From Armatimonadota bacterium (GTDB lineage: Bacteria > Armatimonadota > SYMT01), in the NCBI GenBank assembly GCA_046292385.1, contig JBKBRF010000055.1, forward strand, positions 22,582 to 40,828: 18,247 nt of DNA, read 5' to 3'. Shown here piece by piece: positions 1 to 7,505 of the stretch (position 1 is its first letter; every line of letters starts with the position of its first letter). Both the position numbers and the translations under genes were made by a program. Under the pieces are notes generated by a model. That model made no database searches and was not told where the DNA came from. It saw nothing but the letters and a program-made list of their open reading frames with translations.

Positions 1-100
1 CGCTGAGGCCCCCCTACCCCTTTGTGCTCGGTTGTCTCCTGCCCTCCCCCCCCCCCCGCCGCTGTCGGCAAAATGATCTTTTTTCGCCGGGAAGCAGCGG

Positions 101-1336
101 CTACTGACCCAGGCCGCCGGCGCCCTTGCGGATGCCGCGCTCCTGCTCGATCCGCTGCTGGTAGCCGCCCTCCAGGTAGGCGCGCAGGGGCTGCGCCGGC
201 ACGCCCATCTCGTGCCGGACCCGGCGGAGCAGCGGCTCCACGTCGGTGTTAAACGCGTCGAGCAGGCACTGCTCCGCGCCGACCACGTCGCCGTTGCCGG
301 CCGCCTCCGCCAGGCGGGCGCGGTCGACCACCAGCGCCTTGGCGTAAGTCGACTGGATCATCAGCACCGTCTGGATCATGCCGGGGATCTTCTTCTTGGT
401 GTTGAAGCCCTGATCGACCATGTACTCCACCGGCGGGTTGCCGCGGGGGCTCTGCTCTTCTTTCACCAGCTCGTGGTAGATCAGGAAGAACTCGTACGGG
501 TTGATGGAGCCGACCATCAGGTCGTCGTCCGCGTACTTCCGGTTGTTGAAGTGGAAGCCGCCCAGCATCCCCTCGTCGAGCAGGAAGGCGACGATGTGCT
601 CGATGTTGGTGCCGGGAAGGTGGTGACCCAGGTCGACCAGCACCCGCGCCCGCTCCCCGAGCTTCTTGCAGAGCACGTAGCTCATGCCCCAGTCGGCGAT
701 GTCGGTGTGGTAGAGGCCCGGCTCGAACGGCTTGTACTCCAGGAGCATCGTCATCTGCTCCGGCATCGCGGCGTAGAGCTGAACCAGGCACTCCTCGAAC
801 CGGCGCTTCCGCTCGCGAATGTCGTCCTGCCCCGGGTAGTCGGTGCCGTCCGCGAACCAGAGGCTCAGCGCGGTGGAGCCGAGCTGTCGCCCGATCTCCA
901 CCGAGTCGAGGCAGTGCTGCACCGCCCGGCGGCGCGCCACCACGTCCCGGTTGCCGAAGCTGCCCATCCAGTAGAGCGGGTCCTGGAAGAGGGTCGGATT
1001 GATCGAGCCGATCCGGACCCCCAGCTCTTCCGCCAGGGCGGGGACCGACTCGATCGCGGCCTCGTCCGGCAGGTCCCAGAGCACGTGGACCGCCACCTGC
1101 GGCGCGATGCCGGTGTGGCGGTGGACCTGCGCCGCGTCCGCCAGCTTCTCCGCGACGGTGACGGCGGCGCCCGGCTGCGCGAAAGAGCCGAATCGGGTGC
1201 CGGAATCGGCGTAGCCCCACGAGGGGGTCTCGATGCACTGGCGCTTCAGCGCCTCGGTGACGGACTGGAGATCGACCCCGCGCGCCTGGAGGCGCTCGGC
1301 GAGAAAGTCGTATTCGGAATCGGAATAGGTGGCCAT
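101..1336 (-). CDS. rhaI: L-rhamnose isomerase, RhaI type (xylose-isomerase-like TIM barrel)
   Basis: Motifs IETPSWGY..SGTRF, LWFADGTDYPGQ, EYKPFEP, DLGHH and GGFHFNNRKYADDDL are typical of this family. I chose the ATG at 1336 because GGAAGAG lies upstream; the ORF track starts at GTG 1351. Confidence 0.88.
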   Translation of the reverse strand: MATYSDSEYDFLAERLQARGVDLQSVTEALKRQCIETPSWGYADSGTRFGSFAQPGAAVTVAEKLADAAQVHRHTGIAPQVAVHVLWDLPDEAAIESVPALAEELGVRIGSINPTLFQDPLYWMGSFGNRDVVARRRAVQHCLDSVEIGRQLGSTALSLWFADGTDYPGQDDIRERKRRFEECLVQLYAAMPEQMTMLLEYKPFEPGLYHTDIADWGMSYVLCKKLGERARVLVDLGHHLPGTNIEHIVAFLLDEGMLGGFHFNNRKYADDDLMVGSINPYEFFLIYHELVKEEQSPRGNPPVEYMVDQGFNTKKKIPGMIQTVLMIQSTYAKALVVDRARLAEAAGNGDVVGAEQCLLDAFNTDVEPLLRRVRHEMGVPAQPLRAYLEGGYQQRIEQERGIRKGAGGLGQ

Positions 1337-1408
1337 GCTGCGCTCTTCCACGAAGCCGTGCCCGCGCCTCGATGCTGCGGGCGGTCTACCCAGGAGATTG
1401 CACGAGGG

Positions 1409-2938
1409 CTAGGCCGACTCCTGTCCGAAAACAGTCCGGCCGCCGACCACCGTCCGCGCCACCGGGATACGGGCGAGCTCGGAGGGCGCCACCTCGCGCG
1501 GGTCCTGCTCCAGCACCACGAAGTCGGCATAGTCGCCGGATTGCAGCCGGCCGCCCTCGCCGCCGAGCAGCGCATAGCTCCCCTCGCTGAAGACCCGGAG
1601 CGCTTCCGCCAGCGGCAGGCCGTCTTCAGGCAGCCACGGGGGCCGGTGCACGAGCTGCTCGAGCGCGGTCATCGCGTCGAGCGTCTCTACCGGGCAGTCG
1701 GTGCTTCCGGCCAGCGGTACCCCGGCCTCGTGCAGGGTGCGGAAGGCGTAGCAGCCGCGCGCCCGCTCCGGGCCGACCCGGTCGGGCGTCCAGTAGTCCG
1801 ACCACGCAAACTGCGGCTGCACCGCGGCGCCGACTCCGAGTGCCCGCATCCGCGCGACCAGCCCGGAGTTGACCATCGACGCGTGCTCGATCCGCGGAGG
1901 GAACGGGTGCGGGGCCGCGGCCTCGATGGCGTCGAGGGTGACGTCCATGGCGCGGTCGCCGATCGCGTGGATGCAGACCTGGAAGCCGGCTTCCGTCACC
2001 GCCTTCACCCGCCGGGTCAGCTCGTCCGGCTCGTAGAGGAGCTGGCCGCACGTCCCGGGTTCATCCGCGTATGGCTCCCGCAGGGCGGCGGTCCGCGCGC
2101 CGAGCGAGCCGTCGCTGAAGAGCTTCACCGCGCCGATCCGCAGGTACTCGTCGCCGAAGCCGGTCCGCAGCCCCAGCCCGGCGGCGTGCTCCAGCAGCGA
2201 GAACGGAAGCTGCATCACCACCCGCACCGGCAGCGGCCCCTCCGCTCGGAGGTCGAGCAGCGCCCGGACCTCCCGCTCGTGCGCCATCAGCGAGTGGATG
2301 CCGGTGAACCCGACCGACGCCGCCTCCGCGCACGCCCGCCGCGCCGCCTCGAGCCACTCACTGGAGCTTGGCCCTGGGACCGCGGCGAAGATCGGCCCCA
2401 TGTCGTTTTCCGTCAGCACCCCCTCCGGAAAGCCGTGCCGCCGCTCTGCCGGATCGAGCCCGGCGGCCTGCAGCGCGGCCGTGCTCGCCACCAGCGCGTG
2501 CCCGCAGATCCGGCTGATCCGCACCGGCACCCCCGGCGCGATCTCGTCCAGGTCGTGCCGCGTGGGCCAGCGGCCCTCCGCCAGCCGGTCCTGCTCGAAC
2601 CCCCGCCCCAGGAGCCAGCGTCGGTCACCCGGCCGGAGACCCTGGCGCTCCGCCTGCTCGCGGAGCCGCCGGCCCAGCTCCGCCAGGCTATCGGCGCCGC
2701 GGAGGTCCGCCTCCCGCAGCCGGTTCATCCCGTAGGAGACCAGGTGGCAGTGCGCGTCGACCAGTCCCGGAATCGCCGTCCGTCCCCCGAGATCGACCAC
2801 CGGCGCCCCTTCCAAAGCGGGCACCTCGCCTTCCCGGTAGAGCGCTTCGATCCGCCCGCCCCGCGCCATCAGCGCGCCGGCCTCGCCGCCCCCCGGCGTC
2901 GGCCAGAACCGCCCATTCACGAAGAGAGTTGGGTGCAC
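1409..2938 (-). CDS. Metal-dependent amidohydrolase, YtcJ-like (Amidohydro_3)
   Basis: Motifs PGLVDAHCH, KLFSDGSLGARTA, CIHAIGD, RIEHAS and GSTDCPVE, with C-terminal GDYADFVVL and TVVGG. GTG start with GGAG 9 nt upstream. Confidence 0.9.
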   Translation of the reverse strand: MHPTLFVNGRFWPTPGGGEAGALMARGGRIEALYREGEVPALEGAPVVDLGGRTAIPGLVDAHCHLVSYGMNRLREADLRGADSLAELGRRLREQAERQGLRPGDRRWLLGRGFEQDRLAEGRWPTRHDLDEIAPGVPVRISRICGHALVASTAALQAAGLDPAERRHGFPEGVLTENDMGPIFAAVPGPSSSEWLEAARRACAEAASVGFTGIHSLMAHEREVRALLDLRAEGPLPVRVVMQLPFSLLEHAAGLGLRTGFGDEYLRIGAVKLFSDGSLGARTAALREPYADEPGTCGQLLYEPDELTRRVKAVTEAGFQVCIHAIGDRAMDVTLDAIEAAAPHPFPPRIEHASMVNSGLVARMRALGVGAAVQPQFAWSDYWTPDRVGPERARGCYAFRTLHEAGVPLAGSTDCPVETLDAMTALEQLVHRPPWLPEDGLPLAEALRVFSEGSYALLGGEGGRLQSGDYADFVVLEQDPREVAPSELARIPVARTVVGGRTVFGQESA

Positions 2939-2958
2939 CTAGGTCTTCTCCGCCTGTC

Positions 2959-2985
2959 AGGTTATCATCCGGCCGAGCTGGTCAA
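2959..2985 (-). promoter_or_regulatory. Candidate sigma70 promoter for the amidohydrolase
   Basis: Minus strand reads TTGACC (2980-2985), a 15-nt spacer ending in TGA, then TAACCT (2959-2964), i.e. an extended -10 TGnTAACCT. The spacer is short. Confidence 0.45.
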
Positions 2986-3005
2986 TCCCTGCGTCACGAG
3001 TACGG

Positions 3006-3755
3006 CTACCCAGCCAAGACCGGTAGCGCGTCCCGAATTCCACTGGTGGGCGTTGGGTATTCATCCCAGGTGGTGCCGTCCAGCTCACGCCCCGTGAGGT
3101 GCTTACGGACTCCACCCCACTGTTTGAAGAAAAAGGCTACCTCCGCTCGGCGGCACTGGTCACGGATGTCCCGCACCCAATCGGCGGCGACCGGCCTCGC
3201 CTTCGGGCCTGACTCCCCGCCGGCAATGACCCAGTGGATTCCGGTGAGGTCGAGATTTGGCAGCGGCCCGATCAGTGGCTCGCATGACAAGAACCGAGTA
3301 CCCGCGGGAGTGGCACGTAGCCCGTCGATGCGATGCGCCACGTGAGCATCCTCAACGCTCACCCCCATCCAAACGTTGGGCGGCCAGGGCAAGTAAGGTG
3401 CGCAGGCACGAAGCCGATCGGCGCGCTTGGTTAAGACCTGGAAAACATGGTGCTCGCAACTCTGCATCGTTGCGAATACACGCTGGATGAACTCCAGAGG
3501 TACGTCCTCGTGAAACAGATCGGACATCGAATTGACGAAGATCCGTCGAGGCTGTCTCCAGCGTCGGGGAAGATCGATGAGATCCGGATGGAGAGTCACC
3601 TGGAATCCGTTGGTGTAACGCGGCGAGCCCATGAGCCGCAGGCGCTTAGCCATGCGCTCGGCGTAACAGTGCTTGCAGCCTTGGCTGACCTTGGAGCAGC
3701 CGGTAACCGGGTTCCAGGTCATGTTTGTCCACTCGATAGCAGTCGCCTTAGCCAT
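3006..3755 (-). CDS. DUF5131 / phage Gp37-Gp68 family protein (Cx6Cx2C, radical-SAM-like)
   Basis: Motifs [71 protein letters not shown] and FFFKQWGG. The likely start is ATG 3755 (MAKATAIEW), overlapping the upstream gene by 8 nt. Confidence 0.93.
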   Translation of the reverse strand: MAKATAIEWTNMTWNPVTGCSKVSQGCKHCYAERMAKRLRLMGSPRYTNGFQVTLHPDLIDLPRRWRQPRRIFVNSMSDLFHEDVPLEFIQRVFATMQSCEHHVFQVLTKRADRLRACAPYLPWPPNVWMGVSVEDAHVAHRIDGLRATPAGTRFLSCEPLIGPLPNLDLTGIHWVIAGGESGPKARPVAADWVRDIRDQCRRAEVAFFFKQWGGVRKHLTGRELDGTTWDEYPTPTSGIRDALPVLAG

Positions 3756-4791
3756 CTTGGGCTCTCTTCCTGACTGATTGCGCGGCACGTGTAAAATCAC
3801 GCTCCACAAATTGCCCGAAGATACTTCCCGGACTCTGAAGACTGCGGTACAGGGCAAGTGCGAGCTTCTGTCCCGACAACTCGGGCTGGTGGAGCAGAAT
3901 AGGACGGACTAGCTGAACGAGTCGATCGAACTCTTCCTGCTGCTCATCTTCCGGGTCGAGCTCCGAAAAGAGCGTCGCAGGCTTTCGGGCGAAATCGAAG
4001 TCCTTCAGGGCACCCCAGTCTCGAGCTACGGCATCCGAGAGCAGATGGAAGCCGTGGACGCTATCGGATGCGCCGAAGATGGCGTAGGCCCGATGAAGCG
4101 TCTGCTTCTTCCGGAGCGGATACAAGCCGGTAAAGCGCTTGAGACCGCTGAGCTCCTGAATGAACAGCCGATGCGCGTCGATCTCACTGTCCACCTCCCG
4201 CCAGCGGTCGCCGAGAATCGCTCTCGCGGTAGCCTGACTCGCGGGACTTCCTTTGGGACTTGCCGCCTCAGCGCAAGCACGCGCGGCGGCCAAGGCCATG
4301 AAGATCCCGAGCACGTCGGTCATGGGTCGACGGAGCCACGGAACAAGATCGTCCTTCAGTCGCAGGTCTTTCGGACCATGCGGGTCGAGGAACACGAACG
4401 CCGGCCACCCTTCGATGGTCCTGAGTATTTCCGGTACAGCCTCGGAGTGAGACATCTGGCATGCGGTCAGGAGGCCGGACTCGATCTGCGGCGCCAGATT
4501 CGATACGAGCTGCTGAAACCGATCGGGCTCCGGCTCGCAGGCGAAGACCCGTACCGGCACACCCTTGCCGGCGAGCCTCTGGGCGGCTCGACAGAGGATC
4601 ACGGTGGAGCCCTGGATCGCATCGCCATAACTGTTCGGGCCAGCGTAGCCATCGACGAGAGCCAGGCAATTGCGAATGCCCTTCATCTTCTCGGCGGAAG
4701 GGACCACTATCCGCTCGAGCAGTTGATGCTTCCGCTTCGTCCACTCTGGGGGTTCATCCTGAAAGTGAGGATCCAGGCTCCGACGCGGCAT
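3748..4791 (-). CDS. tcmP: Three-Cys-motif partner protein (TcmP family, SAM-dependent methyltransferase-like fold)
   Basis: N-terminal WTKRKHQLL, Rossmann motif I-like [10 protein letters not shown] motif, acidic beta2 FACEP and FVFLDPHG motif. It lies directly upstream of a DUF5131 gene, its usual partner. Confidence 0.8.
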   Translation of the reverse strand: MPRRSLDPHFQDEPPEWTKRKHQLLERIVVPSAEKMKGIRNCLALVDGYAGPNSYGDAIQGSTVILCRAAQRLAGKGVPVRVFACEPEPDRFQQLVSNLAPQIESGLLTACQMSHSEAVPEILRTIEGWPAFVFLDPHGPKDLRLKDDLVPWLRRPMTDVLGIFMALAAARACAEAASPKGSPASQATARAILGDRWREVDSEIDAHRLFIQELSGLKRFTGLYPLRKKQTLHRAYAIFGASDSVHGFHLLSDAVARDWGALKDFDFARKPATLFSELDPEDEQQEEFDRLVQLVRPILLHQPELSGQKLALALYRSLQSPGSIFGQFVERDFTRAAQSVRKRAQDG

Positions 4792-4851
4792 CTCTGTGTC
4801 TCCGGTGGTTAACTCGATCTAGCCAGCCCGGACTCCGGGCCCGGAACAGGC

Positions 4852-4890
4852 AAACACAGGTTTTATACCACGCCAGCAGCCCTCCGGCCA
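4852..4890 (-). promoter_or_regulatory. Candidate extended -10 promoter of the tcmP-DUF5131 operon with an overlapping palindromic operator
   Basis: Minus strand TGGTATAAA (4862-4870) with weak -35 TGGCCG (4885-4890) at 17-nt spacing. The palindrome AAAC-N4-GTTT at 4852-4863 overlaps the -10/+1 region. Confidence 0.5.
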
Positions 4891-4926
4891 GAGAGCGTAA
4901 TGCCGCCTACTCGCCTGCCGATCCGA

Positions 4927-5760
4927 CTACCGCAGCTCCAGGCCGGCGGCGCGGAGGGCCTGGGCTGCTTCCCGGCGGAGGGCCATCTCCGCGGCGGGCG
5001 CCTCCCCGGGACGGGCGGGGGCGGTGATCCGGACCGTCATCTTGGACGCGTCGAGCGCCGTCACCCCTCGCAGCGCGGCGGGGCCCGCAAAGACCGACTC
5101 GGGTAGGCGCATCCCGCGCAGCGCCTCCCGGGCGCGATCCAGGTCGGTGACGGGCGCGAGCCCCACCTCCACCGACGCCGTGATCGGCCCTCGGCTGTGG
5201 TTCACCACCGCCGCGATGTCCCCGTTGCTCACGATGATCAGCTTTCCGGCCTCGTCGCGCAGGTGGGTCACGCGCAGCCCCATCTCCAGCACTTCGACCC
5301 CGGTGAGGGAGCCGCCCGGGATGCCGTGGAGCGTCACCGTCTCTCCCACCCGGAACTGGTCTTCCAGCAGGATGAAGAACCCGGTGAGGACATCCTTCAC
5401 CAGCTTCTGCGCACCGAAGCTGACCGCCAGGCCGACCACCCCGGCGCCGGCCAGCAGCGTGGCGATGTCGACCCCCGCGTTGTTCAGCAGGAAGAGGACC
5501 AGCATGAAGATGAGCACGACGTTGAGCGTGCTCTTCGTCAGGCCTTCCAGGGTGCGGAGGCGGGCGGCGCGTCCCGGGTCGGCGCCGGCGGCGCGGGTGA
5601 CGACCGGGTTCAGCACCCGGGAGAGGCCCCGGCGGAGCAGCCAGCGCGCCACCAGGAACAACACCACCGCCACCAGCACGTTGACCGCGAATGCCGCCGC
5701 ACGGATGGCGAGGGCCTGCCACGGCCCCGCGGGGAGAAGCTGCTCCAGCCAGTCGTTCAT
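4927..5760 (-). CDS. Small-conductance mechanosensitive channel (MscS family)
   Basis: Three hydrophobic segments, TM3 LLAGAGVVGLAVSFGAQKLVKDVLTGFFILLEDQFRVGE, followed by GLRVTHLRD..G..IIVSNGDI. The start is uncertain (5760, 5766 or 5802). Confidence 0.9.
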   Translation of the reverse strand: MNDWLEQLLPAGPWQALAIRAAAFAVNVLVAVVLFLVARWLLRRGLSRVLNPVVTRAAGADPGRAARLRTLEGLTKSTLNVVLIFMLVLFLLNNAGVDIATLLAGAGVVGLAVSFGAQKLVKDVLTGFFILLEDQFRVGETVTLHGIPGGSLTGVEVLEMGLRVTHLRDEAGKLIIVSNGDIAAVVNHSRGPITASVEVGLAPVTDLDRAREALRGMRLPESVFAGPAALRGVTALDASKMTVRITAPARPGEAPAAEMALRREAAQALRAAGLELR

Positions 5761-5848
5761 CGGCATCCAGACGTGGGACGGAGCGGCGTGCCGTACGCAC
5801 ATGCCGCTCCGTGAGAACCGAGGGGGGAGCGGCGCTCCCCCGCTCTTC

Positions 5849-5857
5849 AGTTTACCA
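5849..5857 (-). promoter_or_regulatory. Extended -10 element (TGGTAAACT) upstream of the mscS-like gene
   Basis: Matches TGnTAnnnT. The identical 9-mer precedes the HAD gene at 11059-11067. Confidence 0.5.
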
Positions 5858-5892
5858 GCCTGCCTCTCGCCCGGCGCGGCCCTACCGTGACC

Positions 5893-6633
<741 letters not shown>

Positions 6634-6708
6634 GGCTCCTCCGATCGCTCCCGCAGGAGCGGACAGGGCAACGCGGCGCGGTCGGCCGCTTCCCGGGAGC
6701 AGTCCCAG

Positions 6709-6743
6709 AATCACGAAACGCCTCTCACCAGGGGCGAGAGGCG
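6709..6743 (-). terminator. Hairpin with partial U-tract in the riboswitch expression platform (possible attenuator)
   Basis: Stem arms CGCCTCTC (6719-6726) and GAGAGGCG (6736-6743), followed on the minus strand by TTTCGTGATT. Confidence 0.4.
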
Positions 6744-6874
6744 GGAAACGGCCGGCGCACCGGAGCCGCGGATCCCACCGGCGGAGCGGGCGTGCCGCGG
6801 AGGCCGGAGGAGCAGGGCCGGGTGCGCGCGTGTCCGTCCGGCCCCTTTGTCCGAAGGGGGAGTCGGCCGAAGCT

Positions 6875-7037
6875 CCCGAAGTGCAGGTCTCCTGGCTCCC
6901 GGATCCTCGCTCTCCGCGCCTTCTCCTCTCGGATGGCTGCTGCGGATCACTTCCCGGTTACAGTGGCGGCACCGCGCCGGCTTTCCACCGGCTTCCCTAT
7001 TCTTCCCGGCTCCTTACGAGCCGGGACACACTTCAGG
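6875..7037 (-). ncRNA. Cobalamin (B12) riboswitch
   Basis: Minus strand contains AATAGGGAAGCCGGTGGAAAGCCGGCGCGGTGCCGCCACTGTAA, an internal GCCA...GAAGGC and the B12 box GAGCCAGGAGACCTGC. P1 is closed by CCTGAAGTG/CACTTCGGG. Confidence 0.95.
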
Positions 7038-7071
7038 CCACGCGAACGATGCGGTTTTCAATGACGCTGGA

Positions 7072-7102
7072 GTTATAGCACGGGGCGCGTTTGGCGCGTC
7101 AA
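7072..7102 (-). promoter_or_regulatory. Candidate promoter for the riboswitch-DUF1559 transcript
   Basis: TTGACG (7097-7102), 19-nt spacer, then TATAAC (7072-7077) preceded by TGC. It sits about 35 nt upstream of the riboswitch P1. Confidence 0.5.
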
Positions 7103-7254
7103 CCGGCGATCTGTGGTGCTGCCGTCGCGCATCACCGGTCCCTTCCGCGGCGGCACGGCCGAGGGGCAGCACCACCGCCGACACGGAGTGGAGAAGCGTC
7201 CGAGCGCTGCTGCCGTCCGCCGGCCCTGCGCTCGAGGTACCTTGCTCCGACTTC

Positions 7255-7413
7255 GTCATTCTGACCGAAGGGAAGAATCTCGGCAGCCGTCCTGGCTCGG
7301 AGCACGCATGCGCGTGGCGAGGAGTCGGCCTGGCGAGGCGCCCCCGAACGAAGGGCCAGACGCATCATCCGGAGGACTGCGCGACGTAGATCCTTCATTT
7401 CATTCAGGATGAC
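7255..7413. repeat. REP/MITE-like element with imperfect 26-bp inverted repeats
   Basis: Left arm GTCATTCTGACCGAAGGGAAGAATCT (7255-7280). Reverse complement of the right arm (7388-7413) is GTCATCCTGAATGAAATGAAGGATCT, 20/26 identical, with a 107-nt spacer. It resembles the widespread GTCATCCTGAGCGAAGCGAAGGATCT repeat. Confidence 0.75.
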
Positions 7414-7505
7414 TGGGGTGGGGAGCCAAGTGCTGCCGAGCAGATCCCGCGAGGCACCGACGCCTGCCCTCCGCTACCGCCAAGAGGCCGCCGCATACTC
7501 CGATT

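Noticed and set aside
212..3097. 961-aa + strand ORF
   Set aside because: It is the antisense shadow of the isomerase and amidohydrolase genes. High GC3 removes stop codons on the opposite strand, and it has no recognisable motifs.
4839..4850. 12-mer GCCCGGAACAGG shared with 15626-15637
   Set aside because: One 12-nt match is plausible by chance in GC-rich DNA, the orientation relative to the candidate promoters differs, and it does not delimit a recognisable element.
2939..4926. Prophage remnant or att-flanked island around the Gp37-Gp68-like gene
   Set aside because: There are no integrase, structural or tRNA genes, and I found no flanking direct repeats by eye. DUF5131 also occurs outside phages.
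4927..5760. mscS as part of the B12 regulon
   Set aside because: It has its own extended -10 and intervening hairpins, so co-regulation is unsupported, though read-through is not excluded.
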